In this document: one piece after another, positions 38,115-50,004 of the stretch
Position numbering within the stretch: the first letter of the stretch is position 1
Layout of the letters: every line of letters starts with the position of its first letter
Origin: Chiloscyllium plagiosum
Lineage: Eukaryota
Assembly: GCF_004010195.1 (NCBI RefSeq)
Contig: NC_057719.1
Location: 46,542,137 to 46,606,136, forward strand
Length of the DNA: 64,000 bases
Reading direction: 5' to 3'
The notes under the pieces: generated by a model
The model's input: the letters and a program-made list of their open reading frames with translations, nothing else
What the model was told of the DNA's origin: nothing
Database searches by the model: none
Translations under genes and position numbers: made by a program

Positions 38115-39938
38115 TGAGGAAAATGAGAAGTTGGTGGCAGATAGGATCAAGGAAAACCCTCAGGCCTTCTACAAGTATATCAGGAATAAAAAAATGACTA
38201 GAGTAAGATTAGGGCCAATCAAAGATAGCAGTGGGAAGTTGTGTGTGGAAACTGAGGACGTAGGGGAAGTGCTTAATGCATACTTTTCATTAGTATTCAC
38301 ATTGGAAAAGGGCAATATAATCTACTAGATTAGATGGGATTGCGGTTGACAAAGAGGAGGTTTTAGCAATTTCGGAAGATCTGAAAATAGATGAGACCCC
38401 TGGGCTGGATGGGATTTATCCTTGGATTTTTTGGGAAGCCAGGGAGGAGATTGCAGAACCTTTGGCTTTGATCTTTATGTTATCGTTGTCGATAGGAATA
38501 GTTCCAGAAAACTGGAGGCTAGCAAATGTTGTTCCCTTGTCTAAGAAGGCGAGTCGGGTCAACCCTGGTAATAATAGGCTAGTGAGCCTTACTTCGGTTG
38601 TGGGTAAGGTGTTGGAAAAGGTTGGAAGAGATAGGATTTATAACCATCTGGAAAGGAATAATTTGATTAGGGATAGTCAACACGGTTTTGTAAGGTTAGA
38701 CCGTGCCTCACTAACCTTATTGAGTCCTTCGCGAAGATGACAAAACAGGTGGATAAAGGTAAAGTGGTTGATGTGGTGTACATGGACTTCAGTAAGGTGT
38801 TTGATAAGGTATCACACAGTAGGCTCTTGCTTAAAATGTGGAGTTTCAGGATTGAAGGTGATTTAATGGTTTGGAAATTGGCGAGTTGAGCAAAGACAAG
38901 AGTGGTTGTTGATGGGAAATGCTCATCCTGGAGCTCAGTTACCAGTGGTGTGCCGCAATTATCTACTTTGGGGCCACTGCTGTTTGTCATTTTTATAAAT
39001 GTTCTGGATGTGAGCATAGAAGGACGGGTTAGTAAATTGGTGGATGTCTTTAAGGTAGGCAGTGTTGTGTATAGTGCCAAAGAATGTTGTGGGTTACAGA
39101 GGGTCATAGATAAGATGCAGACCTGGGCTGAGAAGTAGCAAATGGAGTTTAATGTGGAAAACTATGAGGTAGTTCGCTTCAGAAGAAGTAACAGGAATGC
39201 AGAATATTGGGCTAATGGTAAAAATCTTGACAATGTAGATGAACAGAGAGATCTCGGTGTCCAGGTGCATAAATCCCTGAAAGTTGCCACCCAGGTTGAT
39301 AGGGTTGCTAAGAAGGCATTTGTTATGTTGGCGTTTAATGGTAGGGGGATTGAGTTTCGGGGCCACGAGGTCATGTTTTAGCTGTACAAGACACTGGTAA
39401 GGCCGCACCTGGAGTATTGTGTACGGTTCTGGTCACCGCATTATAGGAAGGATGTGGAAACTTTGGAAAGGATTCAGAGGAGATTTACTAGGATGTTGCC
39501 TGGTATGGAGGGAAGGTCTTACAAGGAAATTCTGAGGGAACTCAGGCTGTTTTTATTGGCAAGAAGCAGGTTGAGAGGTGACTTAATCGAGATGCATAAG
39601 ATAATTAGAGGGTTAGATAAGGTGGACAGTGAGAGCCTTTTTCCTTGGATGCTGAAGGCTAACACGAAGGGACATAGCTTTAAATTGAAGAGTGACAGAT
39701 TTAGGACAGATATTAGGGGTAGTTTCTTTACTCAGAGAATAGTTGGGGTGTGGAATGGCCTGCCTGCAATGGTAGTAAACTCACCGACATTAAGGGTGTT
39801 TAAACAGGCATTGGACATACTTATGGATAATAATGGAACGGTGTATGTTAGATGGACATCCATCAATTTCACGGGTCGGCGCAAAATCAAGGGCCAAAGG
39901 CTCTGTACTGCGCTGTAACGTTCCATGTTCTATGTTCT
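38115..39938 (+). mobile_element. CR1 ORF2 (RT) ~1.8 kb fragment, frameshifted
   Basis: WRLANVVPL..RLVSLTSVVGKVLE..SQHGF; SGVPQ..LGPLLFVIFIN; (ttctatg)-type tail. Confidence 0.95.
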
Positions 39939-40070
39939 AAATTCCATTTGCCACTCCTCAGCCCATTGGCCCATCTGATCAAGGTCCTGTTGTATTCTGA
40001 GATAACCTTCTTTACTGTCCACAACACCGCCAGTTTTGGTGTCATCTGCAAACTTACAAACGTTCCTCCT
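39939..40070 (-). mobile_element. Short CR1 RT fragment
   Basis: Reverse KFADDTKTGGVVDSKEGYLRIQQDLDQMGQWAEEWQMEF. Confidence 0.85.
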
Positions 40071-40079
40071 ATATTTCAT

Positions 40080-40960
40080 CAACATAGTATCCTAGGTCCA
40101 AACATCTTCAGCTACTTCATCAATGACTTCTTCCATCATTATGTCAGAAGTAGGGATGTTCATTGACGATTGCACAATGTCCAACAACATGCATGACATC
40201 TCTTTGTAGCCATCCATGTCATATGCAACAAGACCTGGACAACATTCAGGCTTGGACTGTTAAATGGTAATTAACCTCAAAAGCTCCAGGCAATAACCAT
40301 CACCAACAAGAGAGAATCCAATAGTCATCCCTTGACATTGGAATGGCATTACCAACACTGAAAATCGCACTATCAACATTAGAGGGGTTACCATTGATCA
40401 GAAACTGAACTGAGCACCAGTCATTTAGACTGTATCTACAATAGGTAAGTAAGAAGCTGAAAAGTCTGAGGCAAGAAACTCAATTCACAACTCTGCAAAG
40501 CCTCAAAACCATGTGAAAAGTACAAATCAGGAATGTGATGGAATACCCTCCACTTGCCTGGATGAATGCAGTTCCAATCATAATCAAGAAACTTGACACC
40601 ATCCAGGAAATGTTGCTCACTTAGTGGGCATGCCATCTAACACCTTAAATATTCATTTCCTCTGCCCTTGATGTACAATGGCAACAGTGTGTATCATTCT
40701 GAAGATGCTTTGCAATAACTAATGAAGGTTATTTAGTTAAGATTCCTTAGATAATACCTCCCACTTAGAAGAACAAAGGCCCTGGATCCATGGGAATACC
40801 ACTATCTGCACATCTGCCAGACACCAACCTGACTTGGAACTATAACACAGTTCCCTCACTAACATTGACACTAGAAATCCAATCTTAACAGCATTGTGGG
40901 TCTACCAACACCACAGCAGTATTCAAGAAGATAGCTCACCACCATCTTTCCAAGGGATGG
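40080..40960 (+). mobile_element. Second CR1-group LINE family, RT-to-3' fragment
   Basis: SILGPNIFSYFIND..SEVGMF.DDC; related to the minus-strand element at 43830-47085. Confidence 0.75.
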
Positions 40961-42344
40961 TAAACTCCAAAAATCCCAGATCTGAATGCTTTAGGACTTC
41001 ACCCTGAGATACAGCCTCAAATAGAGCAGAACACCATTGTTAATTGTGGAATGAAATGTTTGTTCTATTTGATTTGATGAACATTTTTGGTTCATGCTTT
41101 TCCATCCTAATATCTATCTTCATGGACAAGGTAGGACATATTCCTTCATAAGTCTGAATAGTTTTTGTTTGCAATAAAAAAAACCAATGTTTAGTTCTGA
41201 ATTTCATTAAATATGACATTGGTTTTAATAATGTAAAAATAACTTTCATGTTGAATTTGAACAAGTCTGGAGATTATTAAAAGTGGGTATGGAACTTATT
41301 GTTGTTATACAGCTAAGATGACCCCACAGGGGCATTTTCAGTAATAGCCACTGTTTAATCCAACTGCAAAAACAATGTTGTTTAACAGAAAGAGATCTAA
41401 GAAATAAGCAATAAGTCCAGTATCCATTACTGTCTGATTTTGCAGATAATCCAAAACCAATTTTTACATGAACAGAAATGCTCATCAAAATAAAAAGAAG
41501 ACCATAGCAGAAGTGAATAAATGTGCCATACGTTAGAAGTGATGTTAATTATATAAATGTTATTCACTGTAGAACTATAATACACCCCACTTGTCAGATG
41601 TGAATGCAATTGCAATGGAAATTAAATTCAGTGAATATAATGCTTGTACGTGACTTACTAAAGCAGTTAGTCTATTTAATGCAAAGCTAGCCCTTACATA
41701 ATAAATAAGATTTTAAGAACAGCTGTGGCTTTGAAAACACTACAAATCTGATTAATCTAACATCTAGGTGATTTGGAACCCTCTCTAAAATATTGCCTGC
41801 TGCAGCTACCACTGTATATATCATGGGAAACAAAAACTGCAAACAAAACCTTTAGGGATGATTTTATAGTGAAAGGATATCTTTTGAACAAATTGAGATT
41901 ATTCTAATGGGCAAGAAATATCACCATACGAAGAGACAAAATGCAATGAGAAATCTTAACCTAATAGATTCCTCCTCAGTTCAAAAGTTACAGGTTCATT
42001 AAGCTTTATAATTTACTGGGTTAAATTGTTGGGGATACTTATATGATGGAATATTTGTGCTTTAAGGCAATATTATTGCAAGTGGCTTGTTTTAATGTGA
42101 CAAAAAGTGAGTTAACCCCTTCCTTCCCATCTCTTCCAAAGATGGGGTGATATACATTCAAAAGTGGAACATGAGACACATTGAAAAGTCATGAGAAGTC
42201 GGGATTGGATGATGTTTGGCATGAGGTAACTGATGGCAGGTAAAGTGGGGGGCAGCAGTTGTAAACAGTATTCTGCAGATCTGTGAGTGAAAGTAAGATA
42301 AATGACCTCCAACAACTATATCCATTTTCCTTTGCGATAGCATT

Positions 42345-42510
42345 TGTAGTGATGATAACAAGGTCAGCCAGGTTGACCTCATAGATAATGAGTTCCTTGA
42401 TCGGGGCTGTTAATCTGGTTCAGTCAGAGAGCCCTGGCTGCCAGATATAAGCAACAGTGTCAGAGGTTCTGTTCACTCTGAGAGCTGGATCAGTGTCAAT
42501 GACACTGACT
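42345..42510 (+). mobile_element. LTR-like fragment
   Basis: Homologous to 26143-26349; TG start and TATA-like motif. Confidence 0.45.
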
Positions 42511-42609
42511 GCTGACACGTCAGCCTCAGGACTCTGGTATTGCAGTCCCTACCTCTGGACCAAGTATACCTGCTCCAGAGATATAATAACACCGCTGAAC
42601 ACGTTGATT

Positions 42610-42865
42610 AGAACATTTCTGGCACAGCTGCATCACAACACTGTGGAGCTCCTTAACAGGAAGGGCTTCCATTCACACATAATCTGCAATCACTTTTCGT
42701 ACGTGCTTGACTGCTAATGTAGCAACCATTCCTCTATCCTGGAGCACTCTTAAGTACCCACTGCATTTGAGGGTCCAGTGGCTAACAAGGTTGTTTTCTG
42801 GGTGATAAAGATTGCCCCACTGTGACCGTTACTGATGATATCATTGTGCAAGACCCTGACTGACG
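42610..42865 (+). mobile_element. Harbinger (HARBI1-like) transposase relic
   Basis: LNRKGFHS..ICNH motif, then SILEHS..PTAFEGP and LGDK. Confidence 0.7.
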
Positions 42866-42869
42866 TGGA

Positions 42870-43830
42870 GCACAGATATAGAAAGGGAAAATGCAACAAT
42901 TGTAAAAGGGAAACCATTTGTAACCAATTGTAGTTCCTTGAAAGAATAACATTTTCTGTGGATAAAGGGGAGAGTTTAGACATGCTGTATTTGATTTTCC
43001 AGGAAACATTTGACAAGTTGTCTTATAACAGGTTCTTGCAGAAAGTGGATACTCTTGTAGAGTTTTACAGTTTAGAACAGGTAGATTAGCTGGTGGGCAG
43101 GAATTAGAAGTTGTACATAAATACATATTTTTCTGATTGGCAAGATGTGGCAGATTGTATCCACTGGGGTCTGTATTAATGTCTCTGCATGTTACAAATT
43201 ATATCAATGACTTAGATGAGGACGGTGAAGGCATTGTAACTCATTTTGCAGATTATACAAAGATAGGTAAGAAAATATGTTGTGAAGGGGAAACAAGGAG
43301 TTTGCAGATGGATATGGATAGATTAAGTGAGTAGGCAAAAATCTCTCAGATGGAATACAATCTGGGAAAAATACGAAGTAGTTAACAATAAAGACTGCAG
43401 ATGCTGTAAATCAGAAACAAAAACAGAAATTATTGGAAAAGCTCAGTAGGTCTGGGTGCATCTGTGGAGCGAAATCAGAGTTTTGGGTTGAGTGATCCTT
43501 TCTCAGAAATCCCATAAAGTTCACTTTGGGAGGAAGAGTGAACAGACAGAGTATTACTTAATGAAAAATGCAGAATTTCAAGGTTCAGAGGCATTAAGGT
43601 GTTCTAGTGCATGGTTTACTAAATATTGGGTTGCCAGTACAACTAATAATTAAGAGGAATTAATGGAATGTTACCTTTTATCACAAGAGAAATGGAACAT
43701 AAAAGCAAAAATGTTATGCTTCAGTTATGCAGGGCATTGGCGAGTCCACACCTGGAGTATTGTGTAAAATTTTGATTTTCTAATTTGAGAAACAATGTAA
43801 ACACAACTGGAGGCAGTTGAGAGAAGGATT
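42870..43830 (+). mobile_element. Old CR1 RT fragment with nested family C PLE piece (43385-43510, -)
   Basis: YINDLDEDGEGIVTHFADYTKIG; PHLEYCV. Confidence 0.8.
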
Positions 43831-44120
43831 TTGTTTTATTCATTCATGTGATGTCTGCACCATTAGATAGGCCAGCCCTCATTGTTCTTGAAACAGTGGT
43901 GGTGAGTTGCTTTCTTGAACTGCTGCAGTCCCATTAGAGTAGGGACAGCACAATGTTGTTATGGATGAAGTTCCAGGATATTGAGCCAGTGACAGTGAAG
44001 GAATGGTAATACGTATCCAAGTCAGATTGGTGTGTGGTTTGAAGGAGAACTTACAGGTGGTCATGTTCACAGACAACTGCTGCCCTTGTCCTTCAACTTC
44101 TTCTGGTAGAGGCTGTGAGT

Positions 44121-45630
44121 TAGAACATAGAACATAGAACATTACAGTGTAGTACAGGCCCTTCGCCCCTCAATGTTGTGCCAACCTGTGAAACCAATCT
44201 GAAGCCCATCTAACCTACACTGTTCCATTATCATCCATATGTTATCCATTGTCCATTTAAATGCCCTTAAATTTGGTGGGTCTACTGCTGTTGCAGGCAG
44301 GGTATTCCATACCCTTATTACTCTCTGAGTAAAGTAACTACCTCTGATATCTGATCTATATCTATCACCCAGGAGAAAGTGAGGACTGCAGATGCTGGAG
44401 ATCAGAGCTGAAATGTGTTGCTGAAAAAGCGCAGCAGGTCAGGCAGCATCCAAGGAACAGGAGAATCGACGTTTCGGGCATAGGCTTATGCCCGAAACGT
44501 CGATTCTCCTGCTCCTTAGATGCTGCCTGACCTGCTGCGCTTTTCCAGCAACACATTTTCAGCTCTATATCTATCACCCCTCAATTTAAAGCTATGTGCC
44601 TCGTGGTAGCCATCACCAGCTGAGGAAAAAGGCTCCCACTGCTCACTCTATCTAATCCTCTCATCATCTTGTATGTCTCAATTAAGTCTCCTCTCAAACC
44701 TTCTTCTCTCAAATAAAAATGCCTCAAACCCCAACGTCTTTCCTCATAAGACCTGCCTCCATACTAGGCAACATCCTGGTAAATCTCTTCTGCACCATTT
44801 CCAATGTTTCCACATCCTTCCTATAATGTGACAATCTGAACTGTAGGCAATACTCCAAATGTGGCTACACCAGAGTTTTGTGCAACTACAACATGACCTC
44901 ATGGCTTCAAAACTTAATCCCTCTACTAATAAAAGCTAACACACTGCACAACTTCTTAACAACCCTATCAACCTGGGTGACAACTTTCAGGGATCCATGT
45001 ACATGGACACCAAGATCTCTCTGCTCATCTATACTACCAAGAATCTTACAATTAGCCCAGTACTCTGTATTCCTGTTATTCCTTCCAAAGTGAATCACCT
45101 CACACTTTTCCTCATTAAACACTATTTGCCACATTTCAGCCCAGATCTGCAGCTTATTTTTGTCCCTCTGTAACCTGCAACAGCTTTCCGCACTGTCCAT
45201 AACTCCACCAACCTTAGTGTCATCTGCAAATTTATTAACCTATCTTTCTATGTCCTCATCCAGGTCATTTACAAAAATGACAAACAGCAACAGCCCCAAA
45301 ACAGATCCTTGGAGTAACTGAATCCAAGACGAACACTTCTTATCAACCACCACCCTCTGTCTTCTTACAACAAGCCAATTTCTGATCAAAACAACTAAAT
45401 CACCCTCAATCACATGCCTCCATATTTTCTGCAATAGCATACAGTGGGGAACCTTATCAAATCCCTTTCTGAAGTCCATATACAATACATCAACTGCTTT
45501 ACCCTCATCTACATGCTTGGTCACCTTCTCAAAGAACTCAATAAAGTTTGTGAGGCATAATCTACTCTTCACAAAACCACGTTGAATATCCCAAATCAAA
45601 TATTCCTTTCTAGATGATTATAAATCCTGT
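44121..45630 (-). mobile_element. CR1 RT-to-3' fragment, nested
   Basis: Tail tagaacatagaacatagaac; ORF 45240..45599 LTNFIEFFEKVTK..YMDFRKGFDKVPH. Confidence 0.92.
44371..44563. mobile_element. Palindromic PLE-derived element, family B (CUGANGA lost at the junction)
   Basis: TSD tctatatctatcaccc at 44355-44370 and 44564-44579. Confidence 0.92.
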
Positions 45631-46088
45631 ATCTCAGTCAAGTTAAACCTTGATGCCAAGACCAATCCTTCTCACCATTCGCTCTACGATTCAACTCTTT
45701 ACCCTACATTCGAACCAAGGCTGTAATGAAGTCAGGAGTTGAGTGGCCTAGCAGAACCCAACTGGGTATCAGTGAACAGGTGATTGGTAAGCAAGTACAC
45801 CTTTCAACACTTACTGATGGTTGAGAGTAGACTGAAAGACCAGGAAATTACTGGCTACTTTCATGCACAGGTCATACCATAGCAAGTTTCCACATTGTAC
45901 GGGTATTGTGACTGTTGTGAACATGGCTAGTCTGGGAGACAATTTGTCAATATTATTGAAGGACCATCATCAGAGCCCATAGTCTTTGTGGTATCTAGTG
46001 CTTTCAGCCATTTCTTGATATCATGCAGAGTGAATCTATTTGGCTGCAAGCTGGCATCTGTGATGTCGGATATGTCTGAAGGCAGCTG

Positions 46089-46458
46089 AGAGTCATAAAG
46101 TCATAGTGATGTACAGCACAGAAACAGACCTTTGGTCCAACTCATCCATGCCAACCAAATATCCCAACCCAATCTAATCCCACCTGCCAGCACCCAGTCC
46201 ATATCCCTCCAAACCCTTTCTATTCATATATCCATTCAAATGTTGCAATTGCCTTTTAAATGTTGCAATTGTACCAGCCTCCACCACTTCCTCTGGCAGC
46301 TCATTCCATACACGTATCACCCTCTGCATGAAAAAATTGCCCCTTAGGTCTCTTTTATATCTTTTCGCTCTCACTCTAAACCTATGTCCTCTAGCTCTGG
46401 ACTCTCCCACCCCAGGGAAAAGACGTTGTCTATTTACCCTATCCATGCCCTTCATGAT
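46089..46458 (-). mobile_element. Young CR1 3' end, nested
   Basis: ORF 46174..46503 RGHRFRVRAKRYKRDLRGNFFMQRV. Confidence 0.92.
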
Positions 46459-47085
46459 CCATTCAGGAATTCTAGTTGAAGGTGCAAGGTTGATGTCATC
46501 CATTGTTCAGGATGGGAATATTTGTGGAGATTCCATGTATTTTTAGTTCCTTAATTGCTCACCACCATTCACGACTGGATGTGGCAGGTCTGCAGAATTA
46601 TGTTTAGCCTCAGTAAGTTAACCCCTCATTTTTAGGCATGACTGGCACTGCTCCTGGCATTCCCAACTGAGTTCCTCATTGATCCAGTTTGGATCTCCTG
46701 GCTTGATGGTAATGAGTGAGTGAGGCTTAAGCCGGATAATGAGGTTACAATTAAAAACAATTCGGCTGCTTTCACGACAGTGCATCATGGATACCTGGCT
46801 TTGAATTCTTAGATCTGCTTAAAATTTGTCTGATTTGTAATGGAGATACTGCCACACAACATGATGGAGGGTCTCCTCAACATGAAGATGAGAATTTGTC
46901 TCCACATGAGATGTCTGTCAATTAATCCTAATGGTATTGTCATGGGCAAATCCATCAGTGACAGGCTGATTGCTGTGGACAAAGTCATGTAAGCTTTCCC
47001 CTTTGTTGGTTCCCTTATTACATGCTATAAACCCAGTCCAGCATCTGCGTCCTTCTGGAATTGGCATGCTTAGTCATCAGTGGAC

Positions 47086-47423
47086 AAAAGATAGAAAAAC
47101 TGGCGATGTTATTAATCAAAAACAAAAACAGAAATTGATGGAAAAGCTCAGCAGGTCTGGCAGCATTTGTGGAGAGAAATCTGAGTTAACATTTAGGGTC
47201 AAGTGACCCTTCCTCAGAACTGGTCAGTTTATGTGCAGAAAATGGGGTGGGGTACAAAGTAAACGACAGTGGGGATAGACCCAAAAGAGAGAGAGAAGAA
47301 CAGTGCACGAAGGAGTGGAGAACAATCTGGCTGGAAGGATGAATAGCTAATAATGGGGACTGTTAGTGGCTAACAATTGGTTGTGTGTAGTAGCAGATTT
47401 ATGAGGAAGGGTCACTCGACTAG
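47086..47423 (-). mobile_element. PLE 3' fragment, family C, with an inverted hammerhead stub at ~47402
   Basis: Reverse gttCTGAGGAagggtcacttgaccctAAATGTTaac; forward TGAGGAagggtcactcgac. Confidence 0.75.
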
Positions 47424-47454
47424 AACCTATTTATCTCTGTCTTAAATACACTCA

Positions 47455-50004
47455 TAGAGTCATAGAGATGTACAGCATGGAAACAGACCCTTCGGTCTAA
47501 CCCGTCCATGCCGACTAGATATCCCAACCCAATCTAGTCCCACCTGCCAGCACCCGGCCCATATCCCTCCAAACCTTTCCTATTCATATACCCATCCAAA
47601 TGCCTCTTAAATGTTGCAATTGTACTAGCCTCCACCACTTCCTCTGGCAGCTCATTCCATTAACGTACCACTCTCTGTGTGAAAAAGACCCCAGGGAAAA
47701 GACTTTGCCTATTTACCCTATCCATGCCCCTCATAATTTTGTAAACCTCTATAAGGTCACACCTCAGCCTCCGACGCTGCAGGGAAACAGCCCCAGCCTG
47801 TTCAGCCTTTCCCTATAGCTCAAATCCTCCAACCCTGGCAACATCCTTGTAAATCTTTTCTGAACCCTTTCAAGTTTCACAACATCTTTCCAATAGGAAG
47901 GAAACCAGAATTGCACAAAATATTCCAACAGTGGCCTAACCAATGTCCTGTACAGCCACAACATGACCTCCCAACTCCTGTACTCAATACTCTGACCAAT
48001 AAAGGAAAGCATACCAACGCCTTCTTCACTATCCTATCTACCTGCAACTCCACTTTCACAGAGCTATGAACCTGAAATCCAAGGTCTCTTTGTTCAGCAA
48101 CACTCCCTAGGACCTTACCACTAAGTGTATAAGTCCTGCTGAGAATTGCTTTTCCAAAATGCAGCACCTCGCATTTATCTGAATTAAACTCCATCTGCCA
48201 CTTCTCAACCCATTGGCCCATCTGGTCAAGATCCTGTTGTAATCTGAGGTAACCCTCTTCGCTGTCCACTATACCTCCAATTTTGGTGTCACCTGCAAAC
48301 TTACTAACTGTACCTCTTATGCTCGCATCCAAATCATTTATGTAAATGACAAAAGGCAGAAAACTCAGCATCGATCCTTGTGGCACTCCACTGGTCACAG
48401 GTCTCCAGTCTGAAAAACAATCCTCCACCACCACCTTCTGTCTTCTACCTTTGAGCCAGTTCTGTATCCAAATGGCTAGTTCTCCCTGTATTCTGTGGGA
48501 TCTAAACTTGCTAATCAGTCTCCCATGGGGAACCTTGTTGAACGCCTTACTGAAGTCCATATAGATCACATCTACCGCTCTGCCCTCATCAATCCTCTTT
48601 GTTACTTCCTCAAAAAACTCAATCAAGTTTGTGAGACATGATTTCCCATGCACAAAACCATGTTGACTATCCCAAATCAGTCCTTATCTCCGGCACCTCA
48701 CCTGTGACTATCAATGATGCAAATATCTTAGCAAGAGGCCCAGTAATCACTTCCCTAGCTTCCCACAGAGTTCTAGGGTACACCTGATCAGGTCCTGTGG
48801 ATTTAGCCACTTCTATGCGTTTCAAGACCCCAATGTAGACAATGACCTCCTGCTGGCCCCTCTCCCCCGTGAGAACATTCTGCACCCTCTCTGAGACATA
48901 CTTGATCCTGGCACCAGGGAAGCAACACACCATTCTGCTTTATCGCTGCTGGCCACAGAAGTATCTGTCTGTATCTTGAACTAGAGAATCCCCTAACACA
49001 ATTATTCTCTTGGAACCCCATCTACCCCTCATTCCATTAGAGCCAGTCTCAATACCAGAAACTTGGCTGTTCGTGCTACATTCCCCTGAGAATCCATCAC
49101 CCCCTACATTTTCCAAAACAACATACCTGTTTGAAATGGGTATATTCACAAAAGACTCTTGCACTAGCTGCCTACCACTCTTACCCTTCCTGGAGTTAAT
49201 CCATCTATGTGACTGTATCTGAGACATTCCCCCCTTCCTATAACTGCCATCCATCACATACTGTTGCTGTTGCAAATTCCTCATTGCTTCTGTCACTCCA
49301 ACCAATCCATTCGATCTGATAAGATTTGCAGCCAGCAGCATTTATGACAGATACAATCCACAGTAACCCTTAAACTCTCTTTAAACTCCCACATCTGACA
49401 AGAAGTACATATCACTCTATTAAAGGCCAGTTTTGCTCCTTCACAATCTACAGATCCAGAAAATAACACCATCTTATTCCTCTACAAACACTGGCTCATA
49501 TTTTAAGTTTAATCAAGAGACATATCTCCAAAAATATATAATCAAGAAAGAACCCACTCTACTCACTGCTGCAGATTCCCTGTAGGCCACACTTAAAACA
49601 ACAATTAACTTATCTGATTCTGTGCTGTGAACTTCGTCCAACAGTTCCTCCAAGATTAGTTGTGAATTTCACTGTTGTTATTTTCCCAGATGCACTCTGA
49701 TGCCCAGCGATACACGAATTCAAACAGCAAAGGCAGTAACTGTGCAGGTTCTCTCTCTCTCTCTCTCTCCTGCACTGTCCTCACCATGTGCTTCCTTTGT
49801 CTGTTCTTCTCCCTTTTAAAATTGCTGTTGGTTTGACTTTTTTTACCAAAGTTCCAAAACAATGCGACAGCATATAAAACAGTAATTGCTGCTGCTGGAA
49901 TTCGAGGAAATCATCTCCAGCACCTAAAATACCTCAATAAAGGAGCAGCTGTTACAGTCAGAAATTTTTCCTGTCCTCCATCTTGGATTACCCAGAATCC
50001 TCTC
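47455..50004 (-). mobile_element. Internally deleted CR1 with 5' UTR, ORF1 esterase part, RT and tail
   Basis: TSD aatacac(t/c)ca at 47445-47454 and 50005-50014; IVLGDSLV..CCFPGARI..IVYIG fused to ORF2 KSTGPDQVYPRTL. Confidence 0.9.
47877..48653 (-). pseudogene. CR1 reverse transcriptase segment (258 aa ORF), probably inactive
   Basis: YMDFSKAFNKVPH and GVPQGS present; catalytic FADD reads FAGD; frameshift downstream. Confidence 0.9.

Larger units (their letters stand above)
43830..47085 (-). mobile_element. Second CR1-group LINE, decayed; host to nested insertions
   Basis: 3' end ttattcattcatgtgatg..gtggtggtgagttgctttcttgaactgctgc; resumes at ~45630 and ~46460. Confidence 0.65.

Noticed and set aside
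47877..48653. Longest ORF as an active or host reverse transcriptase gene
   Set aside because: CR1 fragment with FAGD in place of FADD, a frameshift and no endonuclease domain
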